Below are positions 42,087 to 50,826 of a DNA stretch of 64,000 bases, in pieces. The stretch is from Polyangiales bacterium (GTDB lineage: Bacteria; Myxococcota_A; Polyangia; Polyangiales; JADJQN01): contig CAXNJO010000004.1 in assembly GCA_964202905.1 (NCBI GenBank), positions 224,001 to 288,000 on the forward strand, written 5' to 3'. The notes below the pieces were generated by a model that was given only the letters and a program-made list of their open reading frames with translations, searched no databases and was not told the origin of the DNA. The position numbers were made by a program, and so were the translations under genes. The first letter of the stretch is position 1. Every line of letters begins with the position of its first letter.

Positions 42087-43259
42087 TCAGCCCCCGCCGA
42101 CGCCGCAGAAGAAGTCGTAGTCGACGTACTCGGTGATGGTCGGGTGATCGCCGCAGACCGGGCAGCGCGGATCGCGGCGCAGCTTGAGCGAGCCGAACTT
42201 CATCTTGAGCGAGTCGTAGGTGAGAAGACGACCGACGAGCGGCTCGCCGATGCCGAGGAGGATCTTCACCGCCTCGGTCGCCTGGATCACGCCGATGATG
42301 CCGGGCAGCACGCCGAGCACGCCCGCTTCGGAGCAGGAAGGGGCGAGCTCTGGCGGCGGCGGCTCCGGGTAGAGGCAGCGGTAGCACGGCCCCTTGCCCG
42401 GCCAGAAGGTCGTGACCTGCCCATCGAAGCGGAAGATCGAGCCGTGAACGACGGGGATCTTCTTCCAGACGCTGGCGTCGTTGACGAGGTAGCGCGTCGA
42501 GAAGTTGTCGAGGCCGTCGACGATCACGTCCCAGCCCTGATCGAAGACGCGGTCCGCGTTGTCGCGGACGAGGCGCTCGTCGAAGGTGACGACGTTCACG
42601 TCCGGGTTCAGGTTGGAGAGCGTCTTCTTCGCGCTCTCGACCTTCGACATGCCGACGCGGTCGGTGCCGTGCAGGATCTGCCGCTGCAGGTTCGAGGCGT
42701 CGACGGTGTCGGCGTCGATGATGCCGAGCGTCCCGACGCCCGCGGCCGCGAGGTAGAGCGCGCTCGGCGAGCCGAGCCCGCCCGCGCCGAGGCAGAGCAC
42801 GCGCGACTTGAGCAACTTCGCCTGCCCCTTCTCGCCGACCTCGGGGAGCATCGTGTGACGCGCGTAGCGGGCGAGCTGCGCGGGCGTCAGCTCGGCCGGC
42901 GTCTCGACGGGGTAGCCGACGTCCTTCCACCGCACGAAACCGGGGTTCGCGCTCTCGACGTCGGTGTAGCCGAGCTCGCCGAGCGCCTTCGCCGCGAACG
43001 CGCTGCGGATGCCGCCCGCGCAATAGACGACGATCTTCGCGGATTTGTCGGGGAGGCGCTGCTCGGCCTGCATCTCGAGGAAGCCGCGCGGGATCGAAAC
43101 GGCGCCGGGGATGAAGCCCGCGCGCACCTCGTCCTTCTCGCGGACATCGACGAGCGTGAAGCGCTCGCGCGCCTCGAGGCGCCGCTTGAGCTCCTCGAGC
43201 GTGAGGGTCCTGATGCTCGACTTCACGTCCTGAAGCAGATCCGAGTAGGTCTTCGCCAT
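42087..43259 (-). CDS. moeB: Rhodanese-MoeB fusion (ThiF/MoeB adenylyltransferase with N-terminal rhodanese)
   Basis: LVDVRE..G.IPGA, YCAGGIRS; RYARH, GAGGLGSP, SNLQRQ, GPCYRCLYP, CSEAGVLG, CPVC. Confidence 0.93.
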   Translation of the reverse strand: MAKTYSDLLQDVKSSIRTLTLEELKRRLEARERFTLVDVREKDEVRAGFIPGAVSIPRGFLEMQAEQRLPDKSAKIVVYCAGGIRSAFAAKALGELGYTDVESANPGFVRWKDVGYPVETPAELTPAQLARYARHTMLPEVGEKGQAKLLKSRVLCLGAGGLGSPSALYLAAAGVGTLGIIDADTVDASNLQRQILHGTDRVGMSKVESAKKTLSNLNPDVNVVTFDERLVRDNADRVFDQGWDVIVDGLDNFSTRYLVNDASVWKKIPVVHGSIFRFDGQVTTFWPGKGPCYRCLYPEPPPPELAPSCSEAGVLGVLPGIIGVIQATEAVKILLGIGEPLVGRLLTYDSLKMKFGSLKLRRDPRCPVCGDHPTITEYVDYDFFCGVGGG

Positions 43260-43293
43260 GGGTCCTCGCGGCCGGGTGTATAGCGTCGCGCGC

Positions 43294-44250
43294 TCAGGCC
43301 GCCAGCCCGTCGCCGTCCACATTCCGCCCCGTCAGGAGCACGACGAGGTCGCCGTCGAAGTGCCGTGCCCGGGCACGGGCGAAGGCCACGCCGACGGCGG
43401 CGCTCCCCTCGATGACGAGGCCGAGCGCATCGCGCGCGAAGCGCATCGCGGCCGCGATCTCCGCCTCGCCGACGGTCACGAGCGTCGCCGCGCGGAGCGC
43501 CGCGACGTGCGCGAAGGTCGTGCGGGCGACGCCGCCCTCGAGCCCCTCGGCGAGCGTCGGCTCCTCGGGCTCGAAGCGCTCGATCGCGGCGCCGCGCGCC
43601 AACGAGAGCAGCATCACCGGGCTGACGTCGCTCTGCACGCCGACGAGCCGCACCGCGCTCCCCCGCGCACGCCGCGCCGCGTCGAGCCCGAGGAGCAGCC
43701 CTCCCCCGCCGACCGGCGTCACGATCGTCGCGCAGTCCGGCAGCGCATCGAGCACCTCGAGTCCGAGCGTGCCGCCGTTGCCGCAAGCCACGTCGGGGTC
43801 GTCGTAGGGCGAGACGAAACGTGCGCCGGTCGCGGCGGCGTCGCGGAGCGCGGCGTCCTCCGCGGCGTCGTAACCGCCGTGCGCGACCTCGCGGACATCG
43901 GCGCCGAGCGCACGGATCCCATCGACCTTCACGCGGGGCGCGCTCGCGGGGACGAAGATCCGCGCGCGCAGGCCGAGCGCCCGCGCGGCCCACGCCATGC
44001 CGAGCCCGTGGTTGCCCGCGGACGCCGCGACCGCGCCGCAGCGCGCGATCTCCGGAGCACGCGCGGAGAGCGCCGCGAGCGCGCCGCGCACCTTGAACGA
44101 GCCTGTGTGCTGCTCGGTTTCGCGCTTGATCCAGACGCGTTCGCCGAGCTGCGGGGCGCGCTCGAGCGGGGTGCGCGGGAGGTGCGCGGCGACGGCCGCG
44201 AGGGCGGCCGGCAGGTGCCGATTCAGGTCGATGGTCCAGGTCGCCGTCAT
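43294..44250 (-). CDS. PLP-dependent serine/threonine dehydratase-family enzyme
   Basis: KRETEQHTGSFKVRGA, ASAGNHG, PVGGGGLL, EGSAAV, TGRN; no ACT domain. Confidence 0.88.
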   Translation of the reverse strand: MTATWTIDLNRHLPAALAAVAAHLPRTPLERAPQLGERVWIKRETEQHTGSFKVRGALAALSARAPEIARCGAVAASAGNHGLGMAWAARALGLRARIFVPASAPRVKVDGIRALGADVREVAHGGYDAAEDAALRDAAATGARFVSPYDDPDVACGNGGTLGLEVLDALPDCATIVTPVGGGGLLLGLDAARRARGSAVRLVGVQSDVSPVMLLSLARGAAIERFEPEEPTLAEGLEGGVARTTFAHVAALRAATLVTVGEAEIAAAMRFARDALGLVIEGSAAVGVAFARARARHFDGDLVVLLTGRNVDGDGLAA

Positions 44251-44278
44251 GCCGGTCGCGAGCGTACACAACCCCGCG

Positions 44279-44926
44279 TCAGGCGGCTGCGCTCGCCGCG
44301 TAGCCAGCCTCGCGTGCGTACGCCGTGAGCGCGTGCTGCAAGGCGCGACGCGCGCGATGCAAGCGCGACATCACCGTCCCGATCGGGCAGCCGAGCGCGT
44401 CGGCGGCCTCGCGGTAGCTCTGGTCGAGCAGGTCGACGCGCACGAGCACCGCGCGAAAATCCGCCGGCAGCGCCGCGAGCGCCGCGCTCACTTCGTCGCC
44501 GAGCGCGGCGCCGTCCGCCGCCTCCACACAGCACGGGCGCGTGGGCTCCGCGCCGACCTGCGCATGCACCTCGCGCTCGCGACGCTGCCGACGCCAGCCG
44601 TGGATGAACGTGTTGACGAGGATTCGGTGCAGCCATGCGCGCGCGCTCGAATCGGGCGCGAATTGCGCGCGGAACCGCCATGCGCGGAGCCCCGTCTCCT
44701 GAAGCAGATCGTCGGCCGACGCAGGGCTTCGCGTGAGGCGCAGCGCCGTCCCGCGGAGCTCTTCGAGCCGCGCGAGCACGGTGCGCGCGAAGTCGGCGTC
44801 CGCCCGCGCTCCCTCGTGCGCGACCGCCGCGCGCATCGGCGCGAGGGCGGGCGCGCAGCGGGGCCGCTTCGTGGTGCCGCGTCGCCTCTCGATGGCCGAT
44901 TTCGTCGTGGTCGCCCGCGTCGTCAT
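44279..44926 (-). CDS. ECF RNA polymerase sigma factor
   Basis: ADDLLQET.LRAWR..AWLHRILVN; SYREAADALGCPIGTVMSRLHRAR. Confidence 0.92.
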   Translation of the reverse strand: MTTRATTTKSAIERRRGTTKRPRCAPALAPMRAAVAHEGARADADFARTVLARLEELRGTALRLTRSPASADDLLQETGLRAWRFRAQFAPDSSARAWLHRILVNTFIHGWRRQRREREVHAQVGAEPTRPCCVEAADGAALGDEVSAALAALPADFRAVLVRVDLLDQSYREAADALGCPIGTVMSRLHRARRALQHALTAYAREAGYAASAAA

Positions 44927-45129
44927 GGTGTGCCTCCGTCGCTCGACGACGCGGCGAATCGCAACGCCCGTGCCAGCGCCGACACGACGCCCGATCGCCG
45001 CAAACGCAAGCGAAACACCCCCTCTTCGCGGGCGCTGCGCGTCCGGCAGCGGTGTCAGGGTGTCCGGGCGACCGGGCCGAGACGCGTCATCTTGTCAGCG
45101 TCCGCGTGTCCACGTCGCCGCGCCGACGC

Positions 45130-46653
45130 TCAGGACGACGCTGCGCGCGCGACGCGGAGGGCGTCCGGCAGCGCGTCGGCGACCTCGTGCGCGAGCAGCC
45201 CGCGATCGGCCCGCGCGGCGAGCGTCCCGGCGAGCGCGTGCAACACGACGGCCGCCGCGACGGCGTCGATGAGCGAGACGTCCGCCCGCGTGGCGAGCTG
45301 CGCCGCGATCACCCCGGCGAGCACGTCGCCCGTCCCACCGACGCCGAGCGCGGGGGTCCCCTCGGCGCACACGCGCAGCGCGCCCCCCGGCGCCGCGACC
45401 ACGGTGCGCGCGCCCTTGAGCACCACGACGTGTCCGCTCTCGGCGACGAGCGCTCCGGCCGCGCCGTAGCGGTCGCCCTGCACCGCCGCCACGCTCGTGC
45501 CGAGCAGCCGCGCGGCCTCGGCGGGGTGCGGCGTGAGCACGCGTGGCGCCGCAACGTCCCTGAGTGCGGAGAGCCTGCCCTCGAGCGCCGTTAACGCGTC
45601 GGCGTCGAGCACGCAGGGCAGCGGAAGCGAAAGCGCGAGCCGACGCGCGAGGCCGTCCCCGGCGCCGAATCCGGGGCCGACGACGGCGGCCCGCTTCCCC
45701 GTGCAAAGGGCGAGCGCGGCCACGAACGCCGCCTCCGCCTCGGCGGGGAGCGCGACGCTCATCAACTCGAGAATCTTCGCGTCGATCGCGGCGCGCGCCT
45801 CCGGCCGGGGCGCGAGGGTCACGAGCCCGGCGCCACCCCGGATCGCCCCGAGCCCGGCGAGCACCGCGGCGCCCGTGTGCCCCGAGGAGCCTGCGAAGAG
45901 CACGACGTGCCCCGCCGTCCCCTTGTGCGCGTCGGCGGCGCGCACGGGCACGAGCGACGCGACGTCGCGACGATCGACGCATTGCGCAGGGACGTCGACG
46001 GGCACCGGCGCGCCGATCGGCGCGACGAACACCTCGCCGGCGCAGTCGACGCCGGGGTGCTGATGCAAGCCCAGCTTGTGCGCCGCAAACGTGACGGTGA
46101 GCGCGGCGCGCACCGCGACACCGAGCACTGCGCCCGAGTCCGCGTCGATGCCCGAGGGCAGATCGAGCGCGACGGTGGGCGCAGCGGCGGCGTTGAGGCG
46201 CGCGACGACCTCGGCGGGCAAGCCAGCGACGGGTCGATCGAGCCCCGTGCCGTAGAGCCCGTCGACGCAGAGCGTCGCGTCCCGCAGGGCCGCGTCGAGG
46301 GCCGGCAGCGCCGCCTCGCTCGCGATGAACGTCACCGGCACGCCGAGCGCGCACAGCGCGTCGAGGTTCGTGCGTGCGTCGCCGCGCACCTTTTCTGCAG
46401 TCGCGATGCAGAAGCAACTCGGATGCAATCCTCGCAGGAACAGGTGTCGCGCGACGACCCACGCGTCGCCGCCGTTCTGCCCCGGCCCACCGACGACGCA
46501 CACGCGTGCGAGGCGCTCCGGGAACCGCGCGACGAGCGCGGCGGTGGCCCCCGCGCCGGCGTTCTCCATGAGCACCGCGCTGCTCAGACCGAGAGACGCG
46601 ATGGCGTGTCGATCGAGGCTGCGGGCGGCCTCGCGCGTGTAGAGCGGCGTCAC
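45130..46653 (-). CDS. nnr: Bifunctional NAD(P)HX epimerase/dehydratase (NnrE-NnrD)
   Basis: LMENAG, GPGQNGGD, DGLYGTG, DLPSG; HKGTAG, VVGPG, LDADAL, LTPHPAE, VLKG, GGTGDVLAG. Confidence 0.93.
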   Translation of the reverse strand: MTPLYTREAARSLDRHAIASLGLSSAVLMENAGAGATAALVARFPERLARVCVVGGPGQNGGDAWVVARHLFLRGLHPSCFCIATAEKVRGDARTNLDALCALGVPVTFIASEAALPALDAALRDATLCVDGLYGTGLDRPVAGLPAEVVARLNAAAAPTVALDLPSGIDADSGAVLGVAVRAALTVTFAAHKLGLHQHPGVDCAGEVFVAPIGAPVPVDVPAQCVDRRDVASLVPVRAADAHKGTAGHVVLFAGSSGHTGAAVLAGLGAIRGGAGLVTLAPRPEARAAIDAKILELMSVALPAEAEAAFVAALALCTGKRAAVVGPGFGAGDGLARRLALSLPLPCVLDADALTALEGRLSALRDVAAPRVLTPHPAEAARLLGTSVAAVQGDRYGAAGALVAESGHVVVLKGARTVVAAPGGALRVCAEGTPALGVGGTGDVLAGVIAAQLATRADVSLIDAVAAAVVLHALAGTLAARADRGLLAHEVADALPDALRVARAASS

Positions 46654-46666
46654 GCGGCGCCCGCGC

Positions 46667-47431
46667 TCAACGACGGACTCCGGCCCGCGCGGCGACGCCC
46701 TCGGCCATCGCGGCGAGGAAGCGCACGACGGCGCGCTCGAGGCCGACGAGCACCGCGTCCGACACGATCGCGTGCCCGACGTTCAGCTCCGCGACGTGCG
46801 GTGCGGCCGCGACGAGCGCCGCGACGTTGCGCAACGACAACCCGTGCCCGGCCGCGACGCGCAGCGCAGGCGCCTCGCGCGCCGCGAGCTCCGAAGCATC
46901 GATGAGGCGGCGCAGCTCGGAGGCCGTCTTGACCTCGCCGCGCGCGTCGGCGTAGTCGCCGGTGTGGAGCTCGATCGCGGACGCGCCGGTGGCGACGCTC
47001 GCGCGGATCTGCTCGGCATCCGGGTCGATGAAGAGGCTCGTCGGGACACCAGCCGCGGCGAGCCGCGCGACGGCATCTCGGATCGCGGCGGCGTTTCCCG
47101 CGACGTCGAGGCCGCCCTCGGTGGTGCGCTCGGCGCGCTTTTCGGGGACGAGCGTCACGAGGTCGGGCCGGAGCCGCTCGGCGAGGGCGAGCATCGCGTC
47201 GGTGGCCGCCATCTCGAGGTTGAGCAGCGTCTTGACGGTGCGACGGAGGACCTCGACGTCGCGGTCCTGAATGTGCCGCCGGTCCTCGCGCAGGTGGACC
47301 GTGATGCCGTGCGCGCCCGCAAGCTCGCAGAGCACGGCGGCGTCGATGGGGTCGGGATACGCCGTACCCCGGGCCTGCCGAAGCGTCGCGACGTGGTCGA
47401 CGTTGACGTGGAGTCGGGGGGCGCTCGCCAT
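46667..47431 (-). CDS. pdxJ: Pyridoxine 5'-phosphate synthase
   Basis: [72 protein letters not shown]. Confidence 0.97.
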   Translation of the reverse strand: MASAPRLHVNVDHVATLRQARGTAYPDPIDAAVLCELAGAHGITVHLREDRRHIQDRDVEVLRRTVKTLLNLEMAATDAMLALAERLRPDLVTLVPEKRAERTTEGGLDVAGNAAAIRDAVARLAAAGVPTSLFIDPDAEQIRASVATGASAIELHTGDYADARGEVKTASELRRLIDASELAAREAPALRVAAGHGLSLRNVAALVAAAPHVAELNVGHAIVSDAVLVGLERAVVRFLAAMAEGVAARAGVRR

Positions 47432-47506
47432 GGGGCGCCCAACGTACACCCGCCCCGCGCGACGGGCACGTTCGCGCGCGCTGCCGATGGCGCGATCGCC
47501 CTGCGG

Positions 47507-48265
47507 CTAGACCGCGAGCTCGTCGCCGTCTTCCGCGAGGTGCAGCCACCCCCCGTAGCCGGCGGCGCGGACCTCGCGCTCGCGGTCGACCGCGTCGCAC
47601 TGGGGATAGAAATGCGTGAGCGCGAGGCGCGCGACGCCGGCTGCGCACGCGACCTCCGCGGCGGTGCGCGTCGTCAGGTGTCCGGTCGAGGCGCGGGAGG
47701 CGGGGTAGCTGCACTCGAGGAGCGCGAGGTCCGCGCCGCGGCACAAGTCGACGAGCGCCTCGCAGGGGCCGCTGTCGCCGCTGAACGCGAGGGTGCGTCC
47801 GTCGACCTGAACGCGGAAGCCGAGCGCCCCTTCGACGTGGCGCACCGTGCGCGCCTCGACGCGGAAGGGACCGATCTCGAGGGTCGCGCCGTCGGCGAGC
47901 TCGAGGCCGCGCACCGCGCCGTGCCGGTCCATCACGGCCGGTCCGTGGAGCGCGGCGAGCGCCGCGAGGTGGGCGAGGTGCCCCACGGGCCCGCCGAGCA
48001 CGAGCGGGGTGGTCACCGGGGGCTCCGGGACGTTTCGGGCGAACAACACGGCCGCGAGATCGCACACGTGGTCCACGTGGTGGTGCGACACGAGCACGGC
48101 GCGCGCCGTCTCGAGCGTGATCCCGTGCCGTGGCCAGCGGCGCGTCGAGCCCGGCCCGCACTCGAGCAGGAGCGCGGTGCCGTCCGGGGCGAGGCATGCG
48201 TAGCCGCTCGCGCCGCGCGTGAGCGTCGGCAGCGCCGTGCCGGAGCCGAGCACCGCGAGCTTCAC
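47507..48265 (-). CDS. MBL-fold hydrolase, RNase Z/BN-like
   Basis: VLGSG, LLECGPG, SHHHVDH, FSGDS, GHLT, LTHFYP. Confidence 0.85.
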   Translation of the reverse strand: MKLAVLGSGTALPTLTRGASGYACLAPDGTALLLECGPGSTRRWPRHGITLETARAVLVSHHHVDHVCDLAAVLFARNVPEPPVTTPLVLGGPVGHLAHLAALAALHGPAVMDRHGAVRGLELADGATLEIGPFRVEARTVRHVEGALGFRVQVDGRTLAFSGDSGPCEALVDLCRGADLALLECSYPASRASTGHLTTRTAAEVACAAGVARLALTHFYPQCDAVDREREVRAAGYGGWLHLAEDGDELAV

Positions 48266-48277
48266 GCGGCGCGACGC

Positions 48278-48817
48278 TCAGTCGACGGGCAGCGCGAGCG
48301 CGAGCGTGCGCTGGTCGGGCATGCAGTTTTCATCGGTGCACACCGCAAAATCGACCTGAAGCTCGACGTTGCGCTCACCGGCGGCCGCCGGCGTGAAGGG
48401 AACCTCGAAGCGTGCGCGCGTGGCGCCGAACTCGACGGCGTCCGCGCGCTGGAGCAGCGACTTCGGGAGCGTCACGCCCTCGGGGGCCCGGACCGTGACG
48501 CGGATCGGGTATTCCTCGTTCACGTGGTAGCCGCCGGACGGCGTGAGGGCGACGCCGAAGTACCCGACCTGCCCGGCCTTGTAGCGGCCCGACACGGCCG
48601 CCCGGAGTTCGAACCCCGTGTCGGTGACCACGGGCCCGGCGGGCGCGGCGGTACCACCGCCCGTCGGGGGCGGCGTCGGCGGCGTCGGCGTCGCAGCGGG
48701 CGTCGGCGCGGCGGGCGGCGGCGGCGTGGCGGGGGTCTCACCGGAGCTGCAGGCCGCGACGAGCGCCGCGGCGGCGAAGAGCGTGGGGAGGAGCGTGCGC
48801 GACGTCGTCTTCGTCAT
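48278..48817 (-). CDS. Lipoprotein with DsbD N-terminal-like domain
   Basis: LVAAC lipobox, Pro-rich linker, GYHVNEEYP..FAVCTDENCMP. Confidence 0.7.
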   Translation of the reverse strand: MTKTTSRTLLPTLFAAAALVAACSSGETPATPPPPAAPTPAATPTPPTPPPTGGGTAAPAGPVVTDTGFELRAAVSGRYKAGQVGYFGVALTPSGGYHVNEEYPIRVTVRAPEGVTLPKSLLQRADAVEFGATRARFEVPFTPAAAGERNVELQVDFAVCTDENCMPDQRTLALALPVD

Positions 48818-48857
48818 GGTGCGGCTGGTTTTAGCACAAGCTGCTAGCGTCCAAACC

Positions 48858-49505
48858 GTGCGTCGCGCTCGTCGATTCGCCGGCCACGCCCCGGCCGTGC
48901 TCGCCTGGGCGTCCCTGGCGGGCGCGTGCGGCGCCGGCCCTGCGCCTTGCGGAGACGAAGCCGACTGCCCGACCGGCACGGTGTGCCAGCCCTCCGGACG
49001 CTGTGAGCCGCTCGCCCTCGATCCCGTGTTGCGCGCGGCGCGGGCCATGCGCTTGCTGCCGGTCGCGGCACGCGCGGTGCCGTCGCAGGCGGATGCCGGC
49101 GAGGCGTACCGGCTCGGCGGCCCGACCCATGCCGTCGTCCTCCTCTCGTTCACTGCGCTGCCACCCGGCGCGCACGAAGCGACCGCCGAGCTCGTGCTCA
49201 CCCCGGACCCCGCGTCGGCGGCGCCGGGCCAGGACCGGCTGCTCGTCGTCGATCGGGTGCGCCCCCCAGGCCGCACCGGAGACCCCGCTGTCTTCATGGC
49301 CCGCGTCGCCGAGCGCGTCATCGGTCCCGACTCGCGCGGCCGGTATCGCGTGGACATGACGGCCTTGGTCCGCGCGTGCGCCCGAGCTGGCGCGCTCACC
49401 CTCGACGTCGCGCTGCGCGTCGAGGGCGATGGCGCGCTGCGGGTCCTCTCGGCCACAGCACCCGAACATGCGGACCGACCGCGCCTCGAGGTCTACGTCC
49501 CTTGA
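48858..49505 (+). CDS. Hypothetical lipoprotein
   Basis: LAGAC lipobox; C.DEADCPTGTVCQPSGRC module; C-terminus RPRLEVYVP. Confidence 0.6.
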   Translation: MRRARRFAGHAPAVLAWASLAGACGAGPAPCGDEADCPTGTVCQPSGRCEPLALDPVLRAARAMRLLPVAARAVPSQADAGEAYRLGGPTHAVVLLSFTALPPGAHEATAELVLTPDPASAAPGQDRLLVVDRVRPPGRTGDPAVFMARVAERVIGPDSRGRYRVDMTALVRACARAGALTLDVALRVEGDGALRVLSATAPEHADRPRLEVYVP

Positions 49506-49520
49506 GCCGCGCGCGCCGGG

Positions 49521-50345
49521 CTACTCGATCGTGCAGATGGCGCGGGCGCGTTTGATCCGCAGCACGAGGCACTCGTAGACGCGGAAGGGGAAGTCCTGAT
49601 CGCGCTCGCCGAGGTAGGCGACGGTGAGGTCCTCAGTCACGGCGATGTCGAAGTTCTGATCGCCCGTGGAGAGCAGCACCGAGCGGCCCTCGGGGATCGC
49701 GGGTGAGGTGTACACGCCGTCGTCGCAGAGTCGGAGGATCGCGTCGAGTTCCGGCGCGAACTGCCCTTCCCGCTGCTGGACGAGGCGCGCGTAGTCCTTC
49801 GCCGACACGGCGAGCGCGAAGGGCCGGTGGTGGTTGTGCTCGAGCAGGGTCTCGGTCGCTTTCACGACGTCGCGGTAGGCGGTACCGTAGTCGGACCAAT
49901 CCCCACGCTTGACGACGTTGCGGCCGGGCGCGTCGAGCAGGCCGTGGATGCCGAAGCGCGGTTCACCTTGGAAGATCAGCTGATCTTCGCGGTCCGCGAC
50001 GAAGTGCGCGGCGCGCACCGCACGCGAGGCGTCGATCGGCGCGCCGAGCTTTCGCGAGAGCTCGACGTCCCGCCAATGCAGGACGAAATCCTTGTAGAGG
50101 ATGGGGACCCGCACGTACTTCTCGCGCTCGGCCACGATCGGCTCTGGGTCGTGCTTGCCCGTGAGCTCGATCTCCGCCTCGCGATCCGGGCCGTACTCCT
50201 CGAGCGCGATCGACTCGATCCCCGCACCGAGCGGGCCGTAGAGCCCGAGGAAGCGGCGACCGACGAGCGTGCGACGCGCCTCGCGCACGCACTCGTCGAC
50301 GATCAGGGAGAGCTGCGATTCGTTGAGCGGGTTCGCGTTCGTCAT
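49521..50345 (-). CDS. Family 1 encapsulin shell protein (Linocin M18 / EncA-like)
   Basis: NPL..ARRTLVGRRFL..YGPLGAG, VPILYKDFVLHWRD, REDQLIFQG, GDW, STGDQNFDIAV, FRVYECLVLRIK..AICTIE match EncA-type shells; RBS GGAG. Confidence 0.93.
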   Translation of the reverse strand: MTNANPLNESQLSLIVDECVREARRTLVGRRFLGLYGPLGAGIESIALEEYGPDREAEIELTGKHDPEPIVAEREKYVRVPILYKDFVLHWRDVELSRKLGAPIDASRAVRAAHFVADREDQLIFQGEPRFGIHGLLDAPGRNVVKRGDWSDYGTAYRDVVKATETLLEHNHHRPFALAVSAKDYARLVQQREGQFAPELDAILRLCDDGVYTSPAIPEGRSVLLSTGDQNFDIAVTEDLTVAYLGERDQDFPFRVYECLVLRIKRARAICTIE

Positions 50346-50370
50346 CGGTCTCCGGAGCGTGAAAGCGGGA

Positions 50371-50733
50371 CTAGCGGCTGCGCAACGAGCCGACGGTGCG
50401 GCGCGCAGCGGAGGCCTCGGCAGAGGGGGCGGCGATGCCGGGCGCATCGCGCAGCGAGCCCACCGTGAGTCGCGCCGGGTGCGCGCCGCGGCCCGCCGGG
50501 GGAGCGCTCGCGCCCCGAGCCGGACCACGCACCCGGACCCCGGCCTCGGCGGCGATCGCGGCGAGTTTCTCGTCCTCTTCCTCGAGGAGATGGGCGATCA
50601 GGGTCGCGCGCGTCTCGGGCGACATGCCCGGGTCTCGCGCGATCTGCGCGAGGATCGGTGCGTGCTCGGCCTTCAGCGCCTGCATCCCCGAGATGGCGCC
50701 CTCGAGACCGCTCGCACCCGGCTCCGTTCTCAT
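50371..50733 (-). CDS. Putative encapsulin cargo protein with two C-terminal targeting peptides
   Basis: Directly upstream of the shell gene; RLTVGSLR and RRTVGSLR resemble the myxobacterial LTVGSLRR cargo-loading peptide; helical core LIAHLLEEEDEK. Confidence 0.8.
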   Translation of the reverse strand: MRTEPGASGLEGAISGMQALKAEHAPILAQIARDPGMSPETRATLIAHLLEEEDEKLAAIAAEAGVRVRGPARGASAPPAGRGAHPARLTVGSLRDAPGIAAPSAEASAARRTVGSLRSR

Positions 50734-50741
50734 GCGGCGGC

Positions 50742-50818
50742 AGTGTCGTCGGGCCGTCGATCGCCGTCAACTGCACGGCGCTCCACCGCTTGCGGCGCAG
50801 ACACGTGCAGCCCATGTT
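50742..50818. promoter_or_regulatory. Divergent sigma-70-like promoters for the cargo/encapsulin operon and the CDF gene
   Basis: Minus strand TTGACG-N17-GACACT-8nt-ATG (50770 to 50733); plus strand TTGCGG-N17-CATGTT-8nt-GTG (50790 to 50827); inverted repeat CTGCACG (50771-50777) / CGTGCAG (50804-50810). Confidence 0.45.
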
Positions 50819-50826
50819 CGTCGGCG

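Noticed and set aside
49521..50345. HK97-fold gene as a prophage capsid
   Set aside because: There is no terminase, portal or tail gene nearby; the motifs match EncA-type encapsulins and a cargo gene is adjacent.
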